50,938 nt of DNA, taken from contig JAZQMI010000032.1 in assembly GCA_045543375.1 (NCBI GenBank), positions 1 through 50,938 of the forward strand, written 5' to 3'. Below, piece after piece: positions 16,232 through 23,903 of this stretch. Position numbers and translations under genes: made by a program. The number at the start of each line of letters is the position of its first letter. Within the stretch, counting starts at the first letter, position 1. The notes beneath the pieces were generated by a model, which ran no database searches, had not been told where the DNA came from, and worked only from the letters and a program-made list of their open reading frames with translations. This stretch comes from Eubacteriales bacterium. GTDB taxonomy: Bacteria > Bacillota > Clostridia > Oscillospirales > CAG-272.

Positions 16232-17425
16232 TTATTCGCCTTGCGCGTTGAAATTCTGGGGTAATCCAAGCTGATCGAACAGCTCCGATACGTGTCCTAC
16301 CTGCTCACCCGACATTTGCGCATTGAGCGCGAGCTCGTGCACGCCGCCACGCAATTTTCCGCGCCGAATGCCACGGGCAAGGCGGCGCATCTGATAGAAA
16401 AAGGTCAGATATCTATGTCCCTTGAGCGCGGGATAGGTATGAACGAGCTGCTCGTACGGCATAAAAATACGGGATAATGCATAACCAAGCTTGCCCTTGC
16501 CCTTGGCATGCTGGATGGCAACAAAGTTCACTTTATCGCCGTAGGTGCCACCCTGCAAGACGAAGTTAGCCATGTCACGTCCAAGCGCGTCGAGCGCGCC
16601 GTCCGAAAACCAGGCAAGGCACACCTTGCGCGCCGTGTTGGCAAAGATTGAAAGCCCGGTGCTTGTCAGCAACTCTTGCAAAGCGGCTCGGTCGAGCTGC
16701 TCGTTTTGTTCAAGCAGCCAAAGATCCATAAAGGTGCGTATGCCGCAGCCGCCGCCGGCAAAATGCTTGGCCATGTGGGCGACGTGATAGAAATAGAACA
16801 TCTCGTCCGTCATGGCGCGACGGTAGCAACAGCCCTCGATCTCGCGGGTATACGACCAGACCTCGCGCAGCAGAGCCGATGCAGGACCGATGCGATCATC
16901 CTCGATCAGGTCGTGGTGCAGCTCAATGTGCACGCCCGAAGGCGAATACAGCGAAATGTCATGGTCGGTTTCATACGACTGCTTGACGTATCCGAGCTGC
17001 TCCGTCAACAATGCTTCGGCATGTGGAATGTCTTGCTTGTGGACGAGCAGATCGATATCGCTGCTCGTGCGCATCCAAGGCTCGGGATACAGCGCACGAA
17101 GCACCGCCCCTTTGAGCGGCAAATGGATAATGCCCCCCTGCTCGAGCACGCGACAACTTTCCGCAAGCTCGATGCGCTGGTGCTCATAACGGAACACCGA
17201 AAGCATTTGCGCCTTTTGCAACTTGGCTCCCGCCTCGCTCGCCGTATTCAGCGCACCCGCACGATACAGCGCGTAGGATACGATATGTGCCACGTCGTGA
17301 TGATAGGCGGCAGCATACAGTTGCCCCATTTGCTGCTCGTCTTGCGGCACGCACGCGCACACCTCGCCACGCAATGCCGCGCGACAAAGGGCGATCATTA
17401 TATTGGCAACGGATGTTGGTTGCAT
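16232..17425 (-). CDS. uncharacterised nucleotidyltransferase family protein (NTP_transf_5-like)
   Basis: Motif HLPLKGAVLRALYPEPWMRTSSDIDLLV matches my memory of the uncharacterised nucleotidyltransferase family. I chose the ATG at 17425 (RBS GAAAGGAAGGAAA) over the tracked GTG at 17428. Confidence 0.55.
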   Translation of the reverse strand: MQPTSVANIMIALCRAALRGEVCACVPQDEQQMGQLYAAAYHHDVAHIVSYALYRAGALNTASEAGAKLQKAQMLSVFRYEHQRIELAESCRVLEQGGIIHLPLKGAVLRALYPEPWMRTSSDIDLLVHKQDIPHAEALLTEQLGYVKQSYETDHDISLYSPSGVHIELHHDLIEDDRIGPASALLREVWSYTREIEGCCYRRAMTDEMFYFYHVAHMAKHFAGGGCGIRTFMDLWLLEQNEQLDRAALQELLTSTGLSIFANTARKVCLAWFSDGALDALGRDMANFVLQGGTYGDKVNFVAIQHAKGKGKLGYALSRIFMPYEQLVHTYPALKGHRYLTFFYQMRRLARGIRRGKLRGGVHELALNAQMSGEQVGHVSELFDQLGLPQNFNAQGE

Positions 17426-17443
17426 CACATTTCCTTCCTTTCT

Positions 17444-18214
17444 TTATTCTCCGAGTGGATGGAAAAATATTCGCTTACGTCCGCCATCGTCATACAGCAC
17501 GACGGGCTGCATACCAAAGACGCGGACGGGGATATCGGTATCAAGCAGTTCGTTCGGCGTACCGACAAAGCCGATCGTTCCATCGCAAACGACGATCAAT
17601 CGGTCGGCGTATTGCATGGCACACGAGAGGGAATGTGTCGCGGCAAGTACCGCTTTTTTCCTGTCGCGGCACAAGCCCTTCAGCAGCCCGAAAAAGTGGT
17701 GTTCATGATCGGCGTCCATAAAGGCGGTCACCTCGTCAAGCAGCATGAGCGGTGTATTTTGCGACAGCATCATGCCCAGATACGCCCGACGCGCCTCACC
17801 GCCCGACAGACAATCAAGATATGCGTCTGCCAGATCGGTCAATTCGGCGTCGTGCAAAGCGGCTGCGATCGCACGCGTGCAGTCGGGTGTTGACGTGCCG
17901 TTCAAGGATTGATACGGGCTGAGCCCCATCGCAACAAGCTCTCTTACCTTGATGTGCGGCAGCGCGGGCTGCTGCTGCATGAGTGCTACGCGGCGGGCAC
18001 GCTCGCGTGGGGAAAGGGAGAGTAAGTCCTGCCCGTCAAGGCGCACGCTTCCGCGGCAAGGCAAAAGCCCGCAGACAGTATGAAGCAGCGTGGACTTTCC
18101 ACTGCCGTTGCGCCCGATCACGGCAACGAATTCGCCTCTTTCAAGGCCAAAAGAAACGTCATGAAGAACTTCTTTTCGCTCATATCCGAGCGAGAAAATC
18201 TGACATTGCAGCAC
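17444..18214 (-). CDS. ABC transporter ATP-binding protein, iron-chelate/cobalamin (FecE/BtuD) type
   Basis: Walker A GRNGSGKSTLL, signature LSGGEARR, Walker B LMLLDEVTAFMD. GTG start at 18214, 6 nt after AGGAGG. Confidence 0.85.
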   Translation of the reverse strand: MLQCQIFSLGYERKEVLHDVSFGLERGEFVAVIGRNGSGKSTLLHTVCGLLPCRGSVRLDGQDLLSLSPRERARRVALMQQQPALPHIKVRELVAMGLSPYQSLNGTSTPDCTRAIAAALHDAELTDLADAYLDCLSGGEARRAYLGMMLSQNTPLMLLDEVTAFMDADHEHHFFGLLKGLCRDRKKAVLAATHSLSCAMQYADRLIVVCDGTIGFVGTPNELLDTDIPVRVFGMQPVVLYDDGGRKRIFFHPLGE

Positions 18215-18225
18215 GTGGCACCTCC

Positions 18226-19236
18226 TTACAGCATTCTGCCCCGACGGAGCAGCAGCACAAGAAAGAAGGGGGCACCGACAAGTGCCATAACGATACCGAC
18301 GGGAATTTCGGTGGGAGATGCGACCACGCGACCAACAAGGTCACCAAGCACGCAGACGTTCGCACCAAGCAAGGCGGTGCACAGCGTTTGCCACCTCGTC
18401 CCCGTGCGACAGAAACGGCGCGACACGTGCGGCACGATCAGTCCCACAAAACCAAGCAACCCCGCCACGCTGACCGCGCAGGCAGCCAGCGCCGAGGCAA
18501 GCAAGACACAGCCCAGGCGCAGCGCGCGAACGCGAACGCCAAGCGACGCCGCTCCCGTTTCTCCAAGGCACAAAAGATCAATGCGGTTTCCAAGCAAAAA
18601 GCAGGCAGCCGCACACAGCGTAATAGCGGCGGCGGGCACGGCGAGCACGGCGAGCGTAACGCCGCCAAAGCCGCCGATCGAAAAAGCGTGATAGGACGAG
18701 AGCAGGTCTGCGTCCGCATAAGTAAAGCAAGAGATACCGGCGCCCAACAGCGCGGTCATGGCCACGCCCGCCAGCACGATGGCACTTTTGCCACCACCGG
18801 CTCGATGGGCAAGAGCAAGAATGACAAGTGCGGTCAAAAAGGCACCGACAAAAGCAAACAGCGGCGTCAGGGCATCGGCGGCGGGGACAAAAAACAGCAT
18901 GAGCACGATGGCAAGCCCGGCCCCTGCATTGACACCGATGATATTCGGCGCGGCAAGCGCATTATCGGTCACCGCTTGCAGCAACAGTCCCGACAACCCA
19001 AGTCCCGTACCGACGACCACGCCGGCCAACACACGCGGCAGGCGGACGGCGTACAGCACGACGCGCTGTATCTCATAGCCCTCGCGCCCAAAAAGCCCGC
19101 CCAAAAAGGCGTCCGTGCTCATATGCGCGCTGCCAAAACGCAGCCCAAGCCACATGGACAGTGCAAGCACCGCCGCAAGCAGTCCTATGCGCCACCACGC
19201 GCCATGCGGGGCGCGTCTTCCCAGTTTCTTACTCAT
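18226..19236 (-). CDS. FecCD/BtuC-family ABC permease
   Basis: Family pattern LRLPRVLAGVVVGTGLGLSGLLLQAVTDNALAAPNIIGVNAGAG. About 9-10 TM segments. Overlaps the upstream SBP gene by 8 nt. Confidence 0.9.
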   Translation of the reverse strand: MSKKLGRRAPHGAWWRIGLLAAVLALSMWLGLRFGSAHMSTDAFLGGLFGREGYEIQRVVLYAVRLPRVLAGVVVGTGLGLSGLLLQAVTDNALAAPNIIGVNAGAGLAIVLMLFFVPAADALTPLFAFVGAFLTALVILALAHRAGGGKSAIVLAGVAMTALLGAGISCFTYADADLLSSYHAFSIGGFGGVTLAVLAVPAAAITLCAAACFLLGNRIDLLCLGETGAASLGVRVRALRLGCVLLASALAACAVSVAGLLGFVGLIVPHVSRRFCRTGTRWQTLCTALLGANVCVLGDLVGRVVASPTEIPVGIVMALVGAPFFLVLLLRRGRML

Positions 19237-20149
19237 CTAACAACTCCGAAAGCACCGAATACGCCTCGTACCAACGAGCGTTCGGCTTATATTGAAACAA
19301 CTCTTTATCCAGATATCGGACACGACCGTTTTGTACGGCGTCAAGCGTCTGCCAGGTGCTCTTGCGCAGCATGGCGTCCATATTGGCGCGCGCTGCGTCC
19401 TCGTCGCCCATGGTCGTGATCAGGATCAGATCGGGATTGGCGGCCATAATGACCTCCATGGCAAGACCGTCCACAAGAACGGGGGCCTCGTCGGCCAAAT
19501 TGCGTGCGCCAAGCTCACACAGCATGGCAGCAGCAAAATGCTGCTCGGACGTTTTGGCCTTGGTCGAGCGAGCGGACGAGCCGGCACGCAAAAACAGCAC
19601 CGTCTTTCCCTCGCCCCCACGCGATGCGGCGAGCAAGGCGTCGATGTTGGTCTTTTGCGCTTCGCCGTACTGCTCGTAGGCGGCGGTATTTCCCGTGACG
19701 TCAGTCATCACGCGTAACACGCGCAGATAATCGTCAAAGCATTCCAGACGAAACAGTGCCACCGGCGTGCCTGCTCCGCGCAACAGTGCCGCGCATTCCA
19801 CGTGGGCGGCAATATCCGCCGAGCCTATGACAAAATCAGGCTGATAGGAGAGCAGCAGCTCGGTATTGACCGTTTTGCCTGCCCCCGCATCCACAAGCAG
19901 CACGCCGTCGGGCACGATCCCCCGCTCGACCGCCTCGCCCACCGTAACAGCAACCTCGCCACCGGCGAGCTGCCAGATATCGGCAAACGAAGAAAAGAGA
20001 ACCGCCACACGGCGCGGCTGTTCCTCCAACGACACACGCTGACCGCTATCGTCGGTAAAGCTCACGTAGGCGTCGTCAGAGGACGGCGTAGGTGCCGCGC
20101 AGCCGACCAGCAGCAGCGCGACAAACAGCGCAAGCAAACGTTTCTTCAT
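19229..20149 (-). CDS. periplasmic-binding-protein-family lipoprotein (BtuF/FhuD-like substrate binding protein)
   Basis: Lipobox MKKRLLALFVALLLVGC. Motifs PRRVAVLFSSFADIW..., PDFVIGS and PDLILITTM are typical of class III SBPs. Confidence 0.8.
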   Translation of the reverse strand: MKKRLLALFVALLLVGCAAPTPSSDDAYVSFTDDSGQRVSLEEQPRRVAVLFSSFADIWQLAGGEVAVTVGEAVERGIVPDGVLLVDAGAGKTVNTELLLSYQPDFVIGSADIAAHVECAALLRGAGTPVALFRLECFDDYLRVLRVMTDVTGNTAAYEQYGEAQKTNIDALLAASRGGEGKTVLFLRAGSSARSTKAKTSEQHFAAAMLCELGARNLADEAPVLVDGLAMEVIMAANPDLILITTMGDEDAARANMDAMLRKSTWQTLDAVQNGRVRYLDKELFQYKPNARWYEAYSVLSELLDE

Positions 20150-20152
20150 GGA

Positions 20153-21073
20153 TCAATCAGCAAGGATTTCGGCCTTGCGTTCAAGCAGCTCGTCCGACAG
20201 AATGAGGCGTTCGGCCTCATCAAAACCGACGCGGGCGACCGTATCGGCCAGTCGCTCGCCTGCTACGCCGTAGGCGCGGAAGAACAAAATGGTCTTTTCC
20301 ACCGTCAAAAGCAGTTGCTCGCGGTCGGTCAGGATAACCGAGAGAGGTTGACCGCGTCCCACCTTTTTACCCCAGCGACCGCCGATGTACACGCGATAGC
20401 CCTCGCGCTCGGTTTTCATGGCTTTGAAAGGACATGCGGCGATGCAACGGCCGCAGCTGTTACACACCGTCGTGTCAATGACGGGCTTACCGTCTGACAG
20501 CTTGACCGCCTTCATGGGGCATTTTGCCTCGACCTGACAAATCTTGCACGCGCGGCAGATGCTCTCGTCAAGCACAGGCACACGCTGACCGACGATGCCC
20601 ACGTCATTAAGATCGGGCTTGACACAGTTGTTCGGGCAACCGCCGACCGCAATCTTGAATTTGTGCGGCAGCTTGACGCTATGGTACCCTTGGTAAAAAC
20701 GCTCGTGAATGGCGAGCGAGATGTCAAACGTGTCGATCAGACCGTACTGGCAGGTCGTACCTTTACAGGACACGACGGGACGCACGCGCGGACCCGTGCC
20801 GCCCGTGCTCATGCCATGCTCGGCAAGATAGGCGATGAGCGGGTCAATATTGTCATACGGGATCTTTTGAATTTCGACCGTCATACGCGTCGTCATGGCA
20901 AGCTCGCCGTTGCCAAATCGCTCGGCGGCGTCGGCCATGATGCGAAACTGCTCGGCCGTGACCTTACCGTTTTTTGTGATTACGCGGGCATTGAAGCAAT
21001 CCTCGGTCGTTTTATCGCGCAAAAAGCCCAAGCCTTTGACACGCGTGATCTCCTGTGCGGAAGGAATACTCAT
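20153..21073 (-). CDS. nitrite/sulfite-reductase-like Fe-S protein with inserted 2x[4Fe-4S] ferredoxin domain (small Dsr/Asr-like)
   Basis: NiR/SiR ferredoxin-like half-domain, Cys clusters SCKGTTCQ ... GGCPNNC (siroheme-coupled cluster pattern), plus CRACKICQVEAKCP and CNSCGRCIAACP. Confidence 0.65.
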   Translation of the reverse strand: MSIPSAQEITRVKGLGFLRDKTTEDCFNARVITKNGKVTAEQFRIMADAAERFGNGELAMTTRMTVEIQKIPYDNIDPLIAYLAEHGMSTGGTGPRVRPVVSCKGTTCQYGLIDTFDISLAIHERFYQGYHSVKLPHKFKIAVGGCPNNCVKPDLNDVGIVGQRVPVLDESICRACKICQVEAKCPMKAVKLSDGKPVIDTTVCNSCGRCIAACPFKAMKTEREGYRVYIGGRWGKKVGRGQPLSVILTDREQLLLTVEKTILFFRAYGVAGERLADTVARVGFDEAERLILSDELLERKAEILAD

Positions 21074-21093
21074 GATGCAATGTCCTTTCTGTT

Positions 21094-22221
21094 TTAAAGT
21101 TCGACACGGTCGATGATCTCGCCCGTATTTTGGTTGAAGGTCACGGTGATATTCTCACCGTAAAGTGTGACGGCAGCGCCGATAAAGGCGGCTGTGGGGC
21201 GTTCACTATTCGCAAACAGCGGCTTGGCACCGATGACGGCGGGGCAAGCAAGACCCAGATGGTCGTAGTCGTCGTTCGGGCGCATAATACCCACAAAATG
21301 CTTATGTCCGTGCAGTTGCAGCGTGGGCTTGATATGCTCGCGCATCAGCTTGGCCCACTCGGCGTACAGCTCCTGCTCGATATCAAAGGGCGGCGGATCG
21401 ATGTGTGTGAAGGGTGCGTGGCTGATGACGAGGCGATGCTCGACGCCCTCGGCCGCATATTCGGTCGCAGCGTGGGCAATGACCGAATGAATATAGTCGG
21501 TTTCTCTCAAGCGAAAATCGTGAAAACAGTTCATTCCGCCGTAGGCATCGTGCTCATCGGGCTTATCCTCACCGCAATCCAGCACCAGTCCCCAGACACG
21601 CCCCAGACGGAAGGTGTAATAGGTCTTGCCGTTTTGCGTGGGAATATAGTCGGGCATATCCTCGGCGTGAACACCGCGCGAATCGTGGTTGCCGCGCGCG
21701 CATACGACGGGGCACTCCCCTGCCGTCACGCCCGAGGCGATCTTGCAGATGGCGTAGAAGTTTTCGATCAGACCGCTGTGGTCGGGAATGTCACCGTTGA
21801 GCACCAGAAGATGCAGCTCGTCGCCAAAATAGCGTCCTGCCGCTACGGGCTCGTCAACCATATTGTGCGCGTCGGCAATGTGATAGACATTGATCTTGCC
21901 CTCGCTCGGCAGCGGACGGAAGGGGATCGTCAGCGACGCCTCGCTCTCGCTGGTCGGGAAATAAGGCTTGCGCTCGATGACGTTGTTCCACGCCACGCAA
22001 TATTCGCCCGCATGATCGAGTACGCACATGGGGACTTCAACAACGTGCATCTGTTTGCCCGAGCGCATCACGCCGCAGGCGTCGTCGTAAAAGGTGCGAT
22101 CTCCCACGCGCACGCGCACGGTAGCTTCTCTTTTCATCAAAATGAATATCTGGTAATGTTCACCGACGGCAAACACCGTGGGGAAACATCTCATATCTTG
22201 GGGCAGTTGTGTGTTTTTCAT
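21094..22221 (-). CDS. calcineurin-like metallophosphoesterase
   Basis: Trimmed to the ATG at 22221, preceded by GGAGGAAAA. All five MPE motifs are present: IADAH, NGDIPDH, RGNHD, ISHAP, HGHKH. Confidence 0.8.
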   Translation of the reverse strand: MKNTQLPQDMRCFPTVFAVGEHYQIFILMKREATVRVRVGDRTFYDDACGVMRSGKQMHVVEVPMCVLDHAGEYCVAWNNVIERKPYFPTSESEASLTIPFRPLPSEGKINVYHIADAHNMVDEPVAAGRYFGDELHLLVLNGDIPDHSGLIENFYAICKIASGVTAGECPVVCARGNHDSRGVHAEDMPDYIPTQNGKTYYTFRLGRVWGLVLDCGEDKPDEHDAYGGMNCFHDFRLRETDYIHSVIAHAATEYAAEGVEHRLVISHAPFTHIDPPPFDIEQELYAEWAKLMREHIKPTLQLHGHKHFVGIMRPNDDYDHLGLACPAVIGAKPLFANSERPTAAFIGAAVTLYGENITVTFNQNTGEIIDRVEL

Positions 22222-22251
22222 CGGTTTTCCTCCGTCCATTTCGTTGTATTC

Positions 22252-22280
22252 ATTATAACATATGCCCCGCATCTTGTCAA
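22252..22280 (-). promoter_or_regulatory. consensus sigma-A promoter of the metallophosphoesterase/Fe-S/ABC uptake operon
   Basis: Minus strand reads TTGACA (22280-22275), 17-nt spacer, TATAAT (22257-22252). The leader is only about 25 nt, which leaves no room for a riboswitch. Confidence 0.7.
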
Positions 22281-22282
22281 CG

Positions 22283-22308
22283 AAAAAAGCCCCGTTCGGG
22301 GCTTTTTT
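22283..22308. terminator. bidirectional terminator after the YwaF-like gene
   Basis: AAAAAA GCCCC gttc GGGGC TTTTTT. It overlaps the stop codon at 22308-22310. Confidence 0.75.
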
Positions 22309-23051
22309 CAAATGTCGGTTTTTACCTTCCCGTGCACGTGACGGTACAGCTCAAGCGGCAGATACAGCAGCGCGATCACGACAATGGCAATGACGGGAAA
22401 TCCGACCAGATGCGAACCGCACAGCTCCTGGGCAAGCTTCAGTGGCGCGATGTTGTCATGCTTCATCAAAAACATGTAGTTGGTACCCAGCCACACGTTG
22501 ATGCCGTACACGGGCACGGCAAGCGCGACGAGAAGCAACAGACACTTCCACACCTCGCGCAACTTGGGGCGAATGTCACCGCCAACGGTCAGTACCAAAG
22601 GATAGAGTGCCAGCAGAATGTGCACCGTGAAGCTGTGCAGGTGACTGAAATTCAGCACGGGCAGCTTGGTCCAGGTGGGCAGCAGCAACGCGGCGATGGC
22701 AGAGGGGAGCCCGACCGTATAAAGAAAATGATCGAGCGTTTTGGACGGTCTTACGGCATGAATGGCGATCAGCACGATGTTGATGCTACAAAGGTGAAGC
22801 GGCAGGTAGTTGACGTTATAGCGATCGCCGATCACAAGGCAGACGACCTTGAACAGCTCGTCCGCGACGATGAGTGCCGCCATAATATAACGGAAGCGAC
22901 GGCGACCGATCTCGCCAAGGCGGCGATACAGCAGACAAAGTACGACTGCCAAAGCGGCAAACAGCCCGAGCCAGCAAAGGTGCGTCGTGTCAAAATGAGA
23001 AAAGCCCAGCCCTTTGGGAATGTCACCCGTGATATGCCAAAAATACTCCAT
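22308..23051 (-). CDS. YwaF/TIGR02206-like integral membrane protein
   Basis: 247 aa, about 7 TM segments, with the hallmark NYLPLHLCS motif as I recall for this family. Lies 15 nt downstream of the repressor gene. Confidence 0.55.
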   Translation of the reverse strand: MEYFWHITGDIPKGLGFSHFDTTHLCWLGLFAALAVVLCLLYRRLGEIGRRRFRYIMAALIVADELFKVVCLVIGDRYNVNYLPLHLCSINIVLIAIHAVRPSKTLDHFLYTVGLPSAIAALLLPTWTKLPVLNFSHLHSFTVHILLALYPLVLTVGGDIRPKLREVWKCLLLLVALAVPVYGINVWLGTNYMFLMKHDNIAPLKLAQELCGSHLVGFPVIAIVVIALLYLPLELYRHVHGKVKTDI

Positions 23052-23066
23052 TGTCCTGTCCTCTCA

Positions 23067-23666
23067 TCAAATGTCAAATTTGGCGCGCAGCTCGACCACG
23101 CGTCCAAAGATGCGAAGCGGTGTTTTTTTGAGTTGATCGCACGAAAAATGCATGGGCGCGTAGTCGGGATTGAACGAGGTCAGCGTCACGCCCTGCGCAT
23201 CTTGCGTGAATTTTTTGCAAGTGGCACGCACCTCGCCGTCTTCCTCCAGCAGAACTACGACGATATCGCCGTTCTCGGCCGTCGGCTGCACGCGGACAAT
23301 GACCACGTCGCCTTCCATCATACGGGGCTGCATGCTGTCACCGTGAATGCGCAGCGCTGCAAAATCACCCGTACGCGCCAGTGCGGTGGGGATCTCCTCG
23401 TAATCCTCGATATCGGTCAGCGCCTCGATGGGCTGTCCTGCCGCTACGTCACCGCGCACGGAAATGCGCACGCTCGCACGCGGCGAGAACAGCGCTTCGG
23501 GCTCAAGCGAGAAATACGCCGCGATCTTGTCAAGCGACCTCTTACTCGGCAGTGTGCCCTGTTTCCATTTGGTCACCGATCCCGCCGCAATGTTCAGCTC
23601 ACGCACCACCTCAGACGGCGTCATACCCGCCGCACGGCACAGTGCGCAGAAATTATCCCAAAACAT
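23067..23666 (-). CDS. XRE-HTH + S24 peptidase repressor (phage CI / LexA-like, autocleavable)
   Basis: Trimmed to the ATG at 23666 (RBS AGGAGAG). HTH is MTPSEVVRELNIAAGSVTKWKQG. Contains the VAAGQP cleavage-site-like motif, the catalytic GDSMQP Ser motif and a downstream Lys (TCKKF). Confidence 0.85.
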   Translation of the reverse strand: MFWDNFCALCRAAGMTPSEVVRELNIAAGSVTKWKQGTLPSKRSLDKIAAYFSLEPEALFSPRASVRISVRGDVAAGQPIEALTDIEDYEEIPTALARTGDFAALRIHGDSMQPRMMEGDVVIVRVQPTAENGDIVVVLLEEDGEVRATCKKFTQDAQGVTLTSFNPDYAPMHFSCDQLKKTPLRIFGRVVELRAKFDI

Positions 23667-23732
23667 AAAAGCTCTCTCCTTTTTCCACAAACTGGTCAAA
23701 AAAGTTGTTAAGGTACATTGGTGATAGCTCCG

Positions 23733-23755
23733 AAATTTCACCGTTGGTGAAATTT
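23733..23755. promoter_or_regulatory. perfect 10-3-10 palindromic operator
   Basis: AAATTTCACC GTT GGTGAAATTT, immediately upstream of the -35 box of the rightward promoter. Confidence 0.7.
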
Positions 23756-23759
23756 TATC

Positions 23760-23788
23760 TTGACATTTCACCAAAAGTGAATTATAAT
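23760..23788 (+). promoter_or_regulatory. consensus sigma-A promoter with a second operator in its spacer
   Basis: TTGACA (23760-23765), 17-nt spacer, TATAAT (23783-23788). The spacer contains TTTCAC CAAAA GTGAA, which shares the TTCAC/GTGAA arms with the upstream palindrome. Confidence 0.75.
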
Positions 23789-23903
23789 ATAAGAGCAACG
23801 CGCCAAAGAGCAATCATGTTTCGTGAATGCTCCGTCACAATATCGACAATATTTTATCACATTTCGGGGCATTCGTCAACCGTTTTTGAAAAAGGAGGAC
23901 AAC

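Noticed and set aside
17983-19419. 478-aa Lys/Arg/Gln/His-rich plus-strand ORF across the ABC uptake genes
   Set aside because: It is a shadow ORF. The opposite strand encodes canonical FecCD permease, ATPase and SBP sequences with operon-style overlaps.
21074-22300. Cobalamin riboswitch expected upstream of a BtuFCD-like operon
   Set aside because: The intergenic gaps are only 20 nt (21074-21093) and about 25 nt of leader after the promoter at 22252-22280. No conserved B12-box-containing structured region fits there.
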